Assembly (NCBI GenBank): GCA_947625975.1
Contig: CANQQL010000004.1
Coordinates: 1 to 46,103 of the forward strand
Length of the DNA stretch: 46,103 nucleotides
DNA from: an uncultured Bacilli bacterium
GTDB taxonomy: Bacteria > Bacillota_I > Bacilli_A > RFN20 > CAG-826
Reading direction: 5' to 3'
Shown one piece after another: positions 19,885 through 29,937 of the stretch (position 1 is the first letter of the stretch; the number at the start of each line of letters is the position of its first letter). The notes under the pieces were generated by a model, which saw only the letters and a program-made list of their open reading frames with translations, made no database searches and was not told the DNA's origin. A program made the translations under genes and the position numbers.

Positions 19885-22163
19885 GTTTGAGAGTAGTGTT
19901 ATCTTTTATTACTCTTAAACTAAAATTCCACTTGCTAAAATCAATATTATGTTTGAGAGTAGTGTTATCTTTTATTACTCTTAAACTTATTTATTACTTA
20001 CAAAGAACGAAACAAAGTTTGAGAGTAGTGTTATCTTTTATTACTCTTAAACTTTGTATACTTTTTATTACCCTTTAACTTTAGTTTGAGAGTAGTGTTA
20101 TCTTTTATTACTCTTAAACCTAGTAGATGAAAACGAATCATCAGAACAAGTTTGAGAGTAGTGTTATCTTTTATTACTCTTAAACTTATGATGTATTAAT
20201 AAAATATAACCCCGCGGTTTGAGAGTAGTGTTATCTTTTATTACTCTTAAACAATGAATATAGATTTAGATTACGCAGATTGGTTTGAGAGTAGTGTTAT
20301 CTTTTATTACTCTTAAACATTTACAAACCATAAATTGTCATTATAAGTGTTTGAGAGTAGTGTTATCTTTTATTACTCTTAAACAATGAATATAGATTTA
20401 GATTACGCAGATTGGTTTGAGAGTAGTGTTATCTTTTATTACTCTTAAACATTATAAACTTTAAAACCCATAAAATTAAGGTTTGAGAGTAGTGTTATCT
20501 TTTATTACTCTTAAACAAAGTAAATACTGCTGTACAAGAGACTGATGTTTGAGAGTAGTGTTATCTTTTATTACTCTTAAACTTCCACATAACTATTTAA
20601 CCTCCTTATTATGTTTGAGAGTAGTGTTATCTTTTATTACTCTTAAACTTAAAATACTTTCAATGTAGTTTCTATCTAGTTTGAGAGTAGTGTTATCTTT
20701 TATTACTCTTAAACTAAGATTTCCATTAAATTACATAGAGACAAGTTTGAGAGTAGTGTTATCTTTTATTACTCTTAAACCGCCGTTGAGAATGCTATTT
20801 TAATGGCAAAGTTTGAGAGTAGTGTTATCTTTTATTACTCTTAAACATAATAAACTTTAAAACCCACAAAACTAATGTTTGAGAGTAGTGTTATCTTTTA
20901 TTACTCTTAAACACCATTTGATGAGAGATAAACTAGAGGGCTTGTTTGAGAGTAGTGTTATCTTTTATTACTCTTAAACATACTTGCGATTGATGAACCT
21001 AACTCACTTGTTTGAGAGTAGTGTTATCTTTTATTACTCTTAAACGGCGCGCGTACATCTTGAGATTGAGGGAATGGTTTGAGAGTAGTGTTATCTTTTA
21101 TTACTCTTAAACGCTGTAAATTGATTTAATGTTCCACTAAAAGTTTGAGAGTAGTGTTATCTTTTATTACTCTTAAACTTTGTTACTACTAATGGTTTAA
21201 CTACAACAGGTTTGAGAGTAGTGTTATCTTTTATTACTCTTAAACTGTATCAACTTTTTCATTTATTGATGTTTCTGTTTGAGAGTAGTGTTATCTTTTA
21301 TTACTCTTAAACCCGAAATTATGGCGTTTTGGCGCGAAACATGTTTGAGAGTAGTGTTATCTTTTATTACTCTTAAACTTTTCTTCGTTATAATAATTAA
21401 CATCGTAAGTTTGAGAGTAGTGTTATCTTTTATTACTCTTAAACATTCTTACAAGATTTTAACAATGGTATTTGGTTTGAGAGTAGTGTTATCTTTTATT
21501 ACTCTTAAACCTAAAATTTCTATAAAACTGCGTTTTCTATGTTTGAGAGTAGTGTTATCTTTTATTACTCTTAAACCTGATAATTTAGAAGAACATATTG
21601 GAACGAGTTTGAGAGTAGTGTTATCTTTTATTACTCTTAAACATTACCACCACTTTTTGACAAATAGCCCACGTTTGAGAGTAGTGTTATCTTTTATTAC
21701 TCTTAAACTAAGTTTCAGGCTCTAATTCCTGCAATTCGCTGTTTGAGAGTAGTGTTATCTTTTATTACTCTTAAACTTTAATTTAACTGGCGGATTGTTG
21801 CCAAATGTTTGAGAGTAGTGTTATCTTTTATTACTCTTAAACTTTTAACATTGTCTGGATTTGCTAACCAAGGTTTGAGAGTAGTGTTATCTTTTATTAC
21901 TCTTAAACATATTGGGCTAATTTAATTAAAGTTTCTAAAGTTTGAGAGTAGTGTTATCTTTTATTACTCTTAAACTCAAAATAGCGATTTATTTAGAGCG
22001 GTTAAGTTTGAGAGTAGTGTTATCTTTTATTACTCTTAAACATGCTTTGAATTAAATCTCCACCTACGACTGTTTGAGAGTAGTGTTATCTTTTATTACT
22101 CTTAAACCAAGTAAAGATATTAAAATTCTTTGGGATTGTTTGAGAGTAGTGTTATCTTTTATT
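19885..22163 (+). CRISPR. CRISPR array: 34 full 36-bp repeats GTTTGAGAGTAGTGTTATCTTTTATTACTCTTAAAC, one truncated terminal repeat, 34 spacers of 30-32 bp
   Basis: Repeats counted by eye from 19885 to 22107; terminal repeat 22138-22163 diverges after 26 nt. Confidence 0.98.
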
Positions 22164-22605
22164 TTGAACGAAAAAATATATTTTTTAACAGAATCCAAAT
22201 GGTATTTTGGAATTCAAAATGAAGTTTTTTATTATAGACTTTTATTTTAGATATTTAAAGGCATTCAAAAATAAACAAGTAAGTAATGAAGATATAGAGG
22301 ATTTAAAAAGATTTTTAGATTCAAAAAAAAGAAAGTAGCGCTAGGCAAGAAACAAAGTCTTGCGTCCTACTTCCATAAGTATTTTGGAATAATAAAATAA
22401 TTATTCAGCACTTAAAAAATTTTTTATGCGTAGCAAAAGAAAAAATCAGTAAAATGAGATTGTTAGAAAAATTTATTTATACTCTGTTTTGAGATTAATG
22501 TTAAATGAGTATATATTCATTAAACTTTTGTTCATTTTTTTCTTACATAAAAAGTTACAAATAGAGACAGATATGATAAAATCAATACGAGGTGTAAATT
22601 TTTTT

Positions 22606-23130
22606 ATGAAAATTTGGAAAATCATTAAATTTTTTGTGTATATAATCTCCGCTATTATGATAGCGATTTTTAATCTTGAAATAGTGGAAAATTTGAAGTA
22701 TTTAATTGGCTTTTTAATGATAATTTATGGCTTAGAACCTGTAATTATACATTTTGCAACTAGAAAAAAGTTTACTGAGCATACAAAATTTTATTGGGGA
22801 GCAATTGAAATTTTATTGGGATTTGTAGTTTTGTTTTTAGTTTCGGACTATGCAACTATTTGTGTTATCTGGGGAATTTGGTCCATTTTAAGAGAAACAC
22901 ATGAAATTGAAGAGTGCGTTCATATGTTTATACATAAAAATCCAGTTGCTGTTATTAGTCTTGTAGAATCTATAGTAGTAATAGTTTTTTCAATTACATT
23001 AATTCTTGAGCCAGGAGAGCACCATGCTTTAATACATGTTTATCTACTATGTGCTGAATTGTTAACAACAGTAACCTTGCCATTACTTGAAGATTTGTAT
23101 TTAAAACAAAAAGAGAAAAATAAAAAATAA
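22606..23130 (+). CDS. membrane protein, DUF308/HdeD-like
   Basis: Start moved to ATG 22606 (RBS GAGGTG upstream); repeated TM hairpins, WGIWSILRE. Confidence 0.65.
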   Translation: MKIWKIIKFFVYIISAIMIAIFNLEIVENLKYLIGFLMIIYGLEPVIIHFATRKKFTEHTKFYWGAIEILLGFVVLFLVSDYATICVIWGIWSILRETHEIEECVHMFIHKNPVAVISLVESIVVIVFSITLILEPGEHHALIHVYLLCAELLTTVTLPLLEDLYLKQKEKNKK

Positions 23131-23156
23131 GGTAGTGCATAGCGCATTGCCTTTTT
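23129..23156 (+). terminator. intrinsic terminator
   Basis: AAGGTAGTGC-ATA-GCGCATTGCCTT stem with G-U pairs followed by a T tract. Confidence 0.6.
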
Positions 23157-23216
23157 AAAAATTATACTTTATTTTATTTATTCTAATGAATAAAATAGTA
23201 ACAAGGAGTTTGAATT

Positions 23217-24428
23217 ATGGATAAAGAAATATTTGATCTCATTGAGAAAGAAACTATTAGACAAAATGATGGAATAGAACTTATTGCTTCAGAGAATTAT
23301 ACAAGTAAAGAGGTTAGAAAAGCCTGTGGCTCTATTTTAACAAATAAATATGCTGAAGGTTATCCGGGAAGAAGATATTACGGCGGTTGTTTATATGTGG
23401 ATAAAGTTGAACAAATTGCAATTGATAGAGCTTGTCAATTGTTTCATGCTAAATTTGCCAATGTTCAACCACATAGTGGTTCTCAGGCTAATGCTGCAGC
23501 TTATCGTGCCTTGCTTCCAGAAGGTGGAAAAATCTTAAGTTTGGTTTTAAATGACGGAGGCCATTTAACACATGGATCTCCTGTCAGTTTTTCATCTCAT
23601 CTTTATAACTTTGTATACTATCCTTTAGACAAAAATGGGAAATTAGATTATGAAAGTATTTTACAAATTGCTGAAAAAGAAAGGCCGGATCTTATTTTAG
23701 CAGGATATAGTGCCTATCCATATAGTATTGATTTTGAAAAAATTAAAGAAATTGCCGATAAAGTTAAAGCAAAATTTATTGTTGATATGGCTCATATTGC
23801 TGGTTTAGTTGCAGCAGGTATTCATCAAAATCCGATAGAGTATGCAGATGTTGTAACTACAACGACACACAAAACATTAAGAGGCCCAAGAGGTGGATTG
23901 ATACTTACTAATGATGAAGGTTTAAGCAAGAAAATTAATAGTGCGGTTTTCCCGTACTATCAAGGAGGACCATTAGAGCATATTATTGCCGGTAAAGCAA
24001 TTTGTTTTAAAGAAGCCTTAAGTGAGGAATTTAAAGAATATGCAAAAAGAATTGTAGAAAATACTAAAGCCTGTCAATCAAAATTAAGGAGTTTAGGGGC
24101 GCTTACAAGTGGAACGGATAATCATTTATTTTTGCTTAATACATTAGATAGTTATCATTTAACTGGTTTAGAGGCACAGATTATCTTGGAAAAAGTTGGC
24201 ATAACCACAAACAAAAATATGATACCGAACGATACTCTGACTCCAAAAGAAACAAGTGGATTAAGAATTGGCTTTGCAGCAAGTACTACAAGAGGTTGCA
24301 CTTTAAAAGATGCTCAAGATATTGCCTTAATCATTCATAAAGTTTTAAGTAAAACTATTGATGATGAACAAGCGAAAATCGAAGTTAGACGCATAACTTC
24401 CACATGGCGAAAAATTGAAGACATCTAG
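23217..24428 (+). CDS. glyA: serine hydroxymethyltransferase
   Basis: LIASEN, KYAEGYPGRRYYGG, NVQPHSGSQAN, TTTTHKTLRGPRGG. Confidence 0.98.
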   Translation: MDKEIFDLIEKETIRQNDGIELIASENYTSKEVRKACGSILTNKYAEGYPGRRYYGGCLYVDKVEQIAIDRACQLFHAKFANVQPHSGSQANAAAYRALLPEGGKILSLVLNDGGHLTHGSPVSFSSHLYNFVYYPLDKNGKLDYESILQIAEKERPDLILAGYSAYPYSIDFEKIKEIADKVKAKFIVDMAHIAGLVAAGIHQNPIEYADVVTTTTHKTLRGPRGGLILTNDEGLSKKINSAVFPYYQGGPLEHIIAGKAICFKEALSEEFKEYAKRIVENTKACQSKLRSLGALTSGTDNHLFLLNTLDSYHLTGLEAQIILEKVGITTNKNMIPNDTLTPKETSGLRIGFAASTTRGCTLKDAQDIALIIHKVLSKTIDDEQAKIEVRRITSTWRKIEDI

Positions 24429-24449
24429 CATAGTTTGGCTATGCTTTTT
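24427..24449 (+). terminator. glyA terminator
   Basis: AGCATAG-TTTGG-CTATGCT-TTTT. Confidence 0.7.
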
Positions 24450-24477
24450 ATTTTCATTTTCAAAATAATTTACTTGA

Positions 24478-24562
24478 AAAAAATTACTAAATATTTTATT
24501 TGTTTTTTAGTAATTTTTTGTTGACTATTTATATATAAATAATTAAACTATTAACTAGTTAA
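24478..24562 (+). promoter_or_regulatory. marR-operon promoter with operator candidates
   Basis: TTGACT (24521), 17 bp spacer, TAAACT (24544); perfect palindrome TTAACTAGTTAA (24551-24562) over the expected start site; 14-bp inverted repeat 24478-24491/24506-24519 just upstream. Confidence 0.6.
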
Positions 24563-24593
24563 CATTTTGAGTTAATTAGAAAAAGGTGACTTT

Positions 24594-25079
24594 ATGGAAG
24601 AAATAAAAAAACAAATTATTTTTCGTTTAAAATTAATTGACTTATATCGAAGATTTTCTTTGCAAAAATCTGATACAGGAGTATTTCGCGGTCAATTCCC
24701 TATATTAAAATATTTAACGATGAATGATGGATGTAGTCAAATAACGCTTTCAAAAGAATTTAATATTTCGGCTGCGGCAATTACTAAAACCATTAATCGT
24801 TTAGCAAAAGAAAAACTAATTATTAAGAAAGCGGATAAAGCAAATAAGCGAGCAAACCTTATTTTTATCACTGAAAAAGGGAAAAACGCTTTAGAAAAAG
24901 CCGAAGTGTATTTCAAAATGCTTGATGATAAATCGTTTGCAAATTTTAAAGATGAGGAAATCATTGAACTTAAAAGATTACTTGATAAAGTCCTAATGAA
25001 TCTCTATGAAACAAATGATGCGAATGAAGAAAACATTTGTATTAAAATGAAAAATTTATTTAAGATGGAGGCAAAATAA
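24594..25079 (+). CDS. MarR family transcriptional regulator
   Basis: GQFPILKYL...SQITLS..ISAAAITKTINRL..DKANKRANLIFITEKG. Confidence 0.92.
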   Translation: MEEIKKQIIFRLKLIDLYRRFSLQKSDTGVFRGQFPILKYLTMNDGCSQITLSKEFNISAAAITKTINRLAKEKLIIKKADKANKRANLIFITEKGKNALEKAEVYFKMLDDKSFANFKDEEIIELKRLLDKVLMNLYETNDANEENICIKMKNLFKMEAK

Positions 25080-26875
25080 TGATTAAGAAAATAAAACTTA
25101 TTCTAGCAAGCGTACGCGAATATAAAAAGTACGCAATATTGACACCGATTTTTATGATTGGTGAAGCTGCAATGGAATGTACCATACCATTTGTTATGTC
25201 ATTATTTCTTGATGAAATAGAGAGAATGGGTTTTGGCATTAATTTTGTTGCTTTGCTTCCTTATATTATTAGTCTAGTCCTTATGGCAATGCTCTCGTTA
25301 GCTTGTGGAATTCTTGGTGGAAGAACTGCTGCTATTGCATCAACGGGACTTGCGAAGAATTTGCGTTCCGATATGTATAAAAAACTTCAGTCATTTTCAT
25401 TTGAAAATATTGATAAATTCTCCAATTCATCTTTAGTTACGCGTATGACAACAGATATAAACAACACCCAGATGTCATTCCAAATGTGTATAAGAATTGT
25501 TGTGCGGGCACCTTTAATGCTCTTGTTTTCAATAATTATGGCTTTTATCAGTGGAGGTAATATGGCTTTTATCTTTGTTGGTATTATTCCATTTGTGGTC
25601 TTTGGCTTTCTTTTAATTATGCGCCTTGCAATGCCTATATTTAAAAGAGTATTTAAGCGCTATGATGCTTTAAATGAATCAGTACAAGAAAATATTTCCG
25701 GTATTCGGGTTGTTAAATCATATGTTCGGGAGGATTATGAGCAGAACAAATTTAATAATGCCAGCAATAGCATTACAAAAGAATTTATTAAAGCTGAAAA
25801 GATTTTGGCCTTTAATAATCCAATTATGAATTTTGCCATTCATACCTCTAATATTTTAGTCTGTTCAATCGGAGCTTGGGTCATTGTGAATTCTGCAAGT
25901 TATACGATTGATAAAGAGGGACAAAAAGTAATTGCATGGGGTAATTTAACGCTACCAAAATTGTCATCTCTATTAACTTATGGCGTACAAGTACTTATGT
26001 CTTTAATGATGATTTCGATGATAATTGTTATGTTAACAATGTCCGTCGAAGCAGTTCGTCGTATTGCCGAAGTTTTAGAAGAAGAGCCCACAATTACTAA
26101 TCCACAAAATCCTCTTTACGAAGTAAAGGATGGATCAGTTATATTTAAAAATGTGAATTTTAAATATAAAGATACTTCCGAAAAATATACTTTAGAAAAC
26201 ATTAATTTTGAAATAAAAAGCGGACAATTTGTGGGAATTATTGGTTCGACAGGCTCAGGTAAAACATCTCTAATAAATCTTATTTCTCGTTTATATGATA
26301 CTAAAGAAGGAGAAATTCTTGTTGGTGGAAAGAATGTTAAAGATTATGATTTAGACACCTTAAGAAATAATGTTGCCGTTGTATTACAAAAGAATGTTTT
26401 ATTTTCGGGAACAATAGAAGAAAATTTGCGTTGGGGCGATTTAAATGCATCTATGGAAGAAATTATAAGAGTTAGTAAAATAGCTCAGGCTGATGAATTT
26501 GTTTCTGGTTTTCCTGATGGTTATAGCACATATATTGAGCAAGGTGGTACTAATGTATCCGGAGGACAAAAACAAAGGCTTTGCATTGCAAGAGCACTAC
26601 TAAAAAAACCAAAGATTTTAATACTTGATGATTCAACTTCTGCAGTTGATACTAAAACAGATAAGCTTATTAATTTAGGGTTAAAATCACAAATGCCGGA
26701 TACAACAAAAATTGTTATTGCACAAAGAATTTCCTCGATAGAAGAAGCTGATCTCATCATTGTGATGGAAAATGGTCATATCGACCAAATTGGAACGCAT
26801 GAAGAACTTTTAAAAACTAATAAAATTTATCAAGAGGTTTATAACACGCAAACAAAGAATGGAGGTAAGGAATAA
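25079..26875 (+). CDS. heterodimeric ABC exporter subunit (TMD-NBD, degenerate Walker B)
   Basis: GSTGSGKT, VSGGQKQR, ILILDDSTS (D for catalytic E), IAQR. Confidence 0.93.
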   Translation: MIKKIKLILASVREYKKYAILTPIFMIGEAAMECTIPFVMSLFLDEIERMGFGINFVALLPYIISLVLMAMLSLACGILGGRTAAIASTGLAKNLRSDMYKKLQSFSFENIDKFSNSSLVTRMTTDINNTQMSFQMCIRIVVRAPLMLLFSIIMAFISGGNMAFIFVGIIPFVVFGFLLIMRLAMPIFKRVFKRYDALNESVQENISGIRVVKSYVREDYEQNKFNNASNSITKEFIKAEKILAFNNPIMNFAIHTSNILVCSIGAWVIVNSASYTIDKEGQKVIAWGNLTLPKLSSLLTYGVQVLMSLMMISMIIVMLTMSVEAVRRIAEVLEEEPTITNPQNPLYEVKDGSVIFKNVNFKYKDTSEKYTLENINFEIKSGQFVGIIGSTGSGKTSLINLISRLYDTKEGEILVGGKNVKDYDLDTLRNNVAVVLQKNVLFSGTIEENLRWGDLNASMEEIIRVSKIAQADEFVSGFPDGYSTYIEQGGTNVSGGQKQRLCIARALLKKPKILILDDSTSAVDTKTDKLINLGLKSQMPDTTKIVIAQRISSIEEADLIIVMENGHIDQIGTHEELLKTNKIYQEVYNTQTKNGGKE

Positions 26876-28824
26876 TGCCACCAGTACGTTTACCAAAAAA
26901 TGCCAATCACTCAAAGGCAAAAAAAGGAACTTTGTTCAGACTTATCAAAATGCTTTTTAAGAATTATAAATGGCAAATAATTCTCGCACTTATTTGTATT
27001 ATTTTAGTATCAATAAGTAATTTTACATCATCAATATTTGTTAAAAATATTACTAATACAGTCAACGCAATTGTCGAAGATAAAGTTCTAAATAATAAGG
27101 AACCAAATTTTGCACCATTAATTCAATTGCTTATAATTATGGGTTCGATTTATTTTGTAGGAATGATTGCATCTTTTACATTTAATTACACCCTAGGAAT
27201 TACGACACAAAAATTCTTAAATACTATACGAAAAGAAATGTTTGGTCATATGGAGACTTTACCTATTAAATATTTTGATACTCATGCACACGGCGATATT
27301 ATGTCTATATATACAAATGATACAGATACTATTCGTCAATTAGTAAGTCAATCGTTGCCAAGTTTATTTCAAACTTTCTTTACACTTATAGCGTTACTAT
27401 CTATAATGCTTTATTATTCAATCTGGCTAAGTCTTGTAGTTTTATTCGGCTCGTTGTTTATGATTTTTTGCACTAAAACAATTGGAGGGAAATCTGCGAA
27501 ATTTTTTGTTAAGCAACAAAAAGCTTTAGGTGTAGTAGAAGGTACAATTGAAGAATCAATCAACGGACTAAAAGTTATTAAAGTTTTCTGCCATGAAGAT
27601 AAATCGATTCAAGATTTTGATAAACTAAATAACCACTTATGTGAAGTGGCTACTGTAGGTAATATAAATGGTAATATTGTCGGACCAATTATCGGTAATA
27701 TTGGTAATATTCTCTATGTCTTAATAGCGGTTATTGGCGGATTATTTATAATGTTTCCTAATAATCTTCATAACATAAACATTTTTGGTCAAATTACGCC
27801 TAAAAGAGAATTAATTGGCATTATTTTGTCTTTCTTAATGATGGCTAGAATGTTTTCTAATAATATCAATACTTTATCTCAACAAGTAACTTTTATTGTT
27901 ATGGGTATGGCCGGAGCTTCACGTATTTTTGAATTATTAGATGAGCAAAGTGAAGTTGACGATGGCTATGTTACTTTAGTAAATATTAAATACAAAGAAG
28001 ATGGATCTTTCGAGGAAAGTAATGAACGAACAAGATATTTTGCTTGGAAACACCCGCATAAAGAAAGTGGTACTATTACTTATACTGAATTAAAAGGCGA
28101 TATTGTTTTAGATAAAGTGGACTTCGGTTATGTACCGGAAAAAATTGTTTTAACGGATGTTTCGATTTATGCTCGCCCCGGACAAAAAATTGCTTTGGTG
28201 GGGGCAACAGGTGCAGGTAAAACAACCATCACAAATTTGATTAATAGATTTTACGATATAGCCGATGGTAAGATAAGATACGATGGCATTAATATTAATA
28301 AAATTAGAAAAAGTGATTTAAGAAGATCTTTAGGTATCGTCTTACAAGATACAAATTTATTCTCGGGAACTGTTATGGATAATATCCGTTACGGAAGATT
28401 AGATGCTACAGATGAAGAAGTCTTTGAGGCTGCTAAGATTGCTAATGCCTATGACTTTATTACGCGCTTACCGCAGGGCTTTAATACTATGTTAAGTGGT
28501 GATGGTGCAAACTTGTCGCAAGGACAAAGACAATTACTCTCTATTGCACGTGCTGCAGTTGCTGATGCTCCGGTTATGATATTAGACGAAGCAACTTCAA
28601 GTATTGATACTCGAACAGAAAAATTAGTGCAAAAAGGTACAGATAGATTGATGAAGGGACGCACAGTATTCGTCATTGCTCATCGTTTGTCAACTGTTAT
28701 GAATTCTGATGCAATTATGGTACTTGAGCATGGTAAAATTATTGAACGTGGCAGTCATGATGATTTAATTAAACAAAAGGGTAAATATTATCAGTTATAT
28801 ACCGGAGCGTTTGAATTAGAATAA
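26875..28824 (+). CDS. heterodimeric ABC exporter subunit (TMD-NBD, consensus Walker B)
   Basis: GATGAGKT, LSQGQRQ, ILDEATSSID, IAHRLST. Confidence 0.93.
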   Translation: MPPVRLPKNANHSKAKKGTLFRLIKMLFKNYKWQIILALICIILVSISNFTSSIFVKNITNTVNAIVEDKVLNNKEPNFAPLIQLLIIMGSIYFVGMIASFTFNYTLGITTQKFLNTIRKEMFGHMETLPIKYFDTHAHGDIMSIYTNDTDTIRQLVSQSLPSLFQTFFTLIALLSIMLYYSIWLSLVVLFGSLFMIFCTKTIGGKSAKFFVKQQKALGVVEGTIEESINGLKVIKVFCHEDKSIQDFDKLNNHLCEVATVGNINGNIVGPIIGNIGNILYVLIAVIGGLFIMFPNNLHNINIFGQITPKRELIGIILSFLMMARMFSNNINTLSQQVTFIVMGMAGASRIFELLDEQSEVDDGYVTLVNIKYKEDGSFEESNERTRYFAWKHPHKESGTITYTELKGDIVLDKVDFGYVPEKIVLTDVSIYARPGQKIALVGATGAGKTTITNLINRFYDIADGKIRYDGININKIRKSDLRRSLGIVLQDTNLFSGTVMDNIRYGRLDATDEEVFEAAKIANAYDFITRLPQGFNTMLSGDGANLSQGQRQLLSIARAAVADAPVMILDEATSSIDTRTEKLVQKGTDRLMKGRTVFVIAHRLSTVMNSDAIMVLEHGKIIERGSHDDLIKQKGKYYQLYTGAFELE

Positions 28825-28965
28825 TGTAGTCTTAAAAACCATTTGAGAGCAATCTTACCACATGGATGCGCAACAAAGACATCTTATGTTATATTTGGGC
28901 TTTTGGAGTTGCCTCTCACTAAGTACTATAATTTTAAAAAAATAATATATTTTAAAACGCTTCTA

Positions 28966-28997
28966 AGGAAGTTTTACAAATTTGAACTTCCTTTTTT
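28966..28997 (+). terminator. probable intrinsic terminator
   Basis: AAGGAAGTT...AACTTCCTT followed by TTTT. Confidence 0.55.
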
Positions 28998-29621
28998 ATT
29001 TTGATAAAATTTAACGCATCGATAATAATATACGTACTTTACAAAAGGTCCAAACTCAACGCGGGAAGGATAATTTTTACGTTTTAACATAGTTAATATC
29101 TTCTTGAATATTAGCTAAAAGGAGAACATTTTACTATACAAAAGAAATTTAGAGCGACAATAATTAGAGGTATTTTTAAATACTTGCAGATCTTACAAAA
29201 AATACCGATTAGAATTCTTTGGAAATATTTGGTGACAAGTAAAAACTTTAACTATATTGTTTCAATTTTTAGGCATATAAAATTTTACAATTTTATAAAT
29301 GTTTAGGACAAAAAAATAGGTTTAAGCCTATTTCTGAAGATTAACCATATAGTCGATTTGTTCTTTAAAAAAGTATCAAAGTGGTATTTATCAAATACGA
29401 AGGTAGTACATTCTTTGTTGTTTAATAAAATTTTAGATTTAATAAAAAATTGTTCTGAAATAAGTATTGCTATAAAAGAACTTTACAAAAAGAAAACTTT
29501 AAAACTCAATTATGCGATAAACAGGCTTTAGAATTTAAGCTTACTGCTTTGAATGAAGAATATGCATTCAAAAGTAATTGAAATCAACATCCTTTATAAA
29601 TTTGCAAAAGTTTAAACTCGT

Positions 29622-29717
29622 TTGAAAAAGTTTTATATTTTGTAAAAAGTCGCTTGAAAAAGTTTAATAATTTACATAAACTTCATTAAAAAAGTTTTAA
29701 ATATGCGAAATAATATT
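29622..29717 (+). repeat. degenerate ~32-bp direct repeats upstream of the AAA ATPase gene
   Basis: TTGAAAAAGTTTTA (29622), TTGAAAAAGTTTAA (29654), TTAAAAAAGTTTTA (29686); related copies at 29602 and 29641. Confidence 0.5.
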
Positions 29718-29743
29718 TATGAAAAAGATAAAGGTGACAAATT

Positions 29744-29937
29744 ATGTTAAAAAGAAAAATTGAAAAAGTGTTAAAAGAATGGAAAAACATGCCTAATAAA
29801 AGTTCTCTTATCATAAAAGGGCAAAGACAGTGTGGAAAAACTTTTTCTGTTCTAAAGTTTGCAAAAGAAAATTACAAACACGTAGTTTATTTGAATTTTT
29901 GGAAAATCCCAACTATAGTGCCATTTTTAATGGTTCC
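29744..29937 (+). pseudogene. 5' fragment of an AAA family ATPase (AAA_14/DUF4143-type), frameshifted and truncated
   Basis: MLKRKI...LIIKGQRQCGKT...VVYLNF; one more T in the T5 run (29896-29900) gives LENPNYSAIFNGS, then similarity ends at a GC-richer segment. Confidence 0.8.

Noticed and set aside
20451-20876. Idea that spacers 9 and 15 sample a diversity-generating retroelement variable region or an RT motif (all four differences involve A on the reverse strand; one frame reads FMGF/FVGF)
   Set aside because: Another frame explains the changes as synonymous or conservative (LILWVLKFI/LVLWVLKFI), and A/T involvement is expected in such AT-rich DNA.
19887-21725. ORFs 19887-20078 and 21279-21725 with repeating LRVVLSFITLK
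   Set aside because: Translations of CRISPR repeats at 66-bp periodicity, not genes.
19921-22137. Self-targeting spacers within the window
   Set aside because: None noticed by eye; an exhaustive alignment was not possible, so this is unconfirmed rather than excluded.
28830-29590. Possible genes in the long intergenic stretch after the ABC exporter
   Set aside because: Only short interrupted frames that I could not assign to any family.
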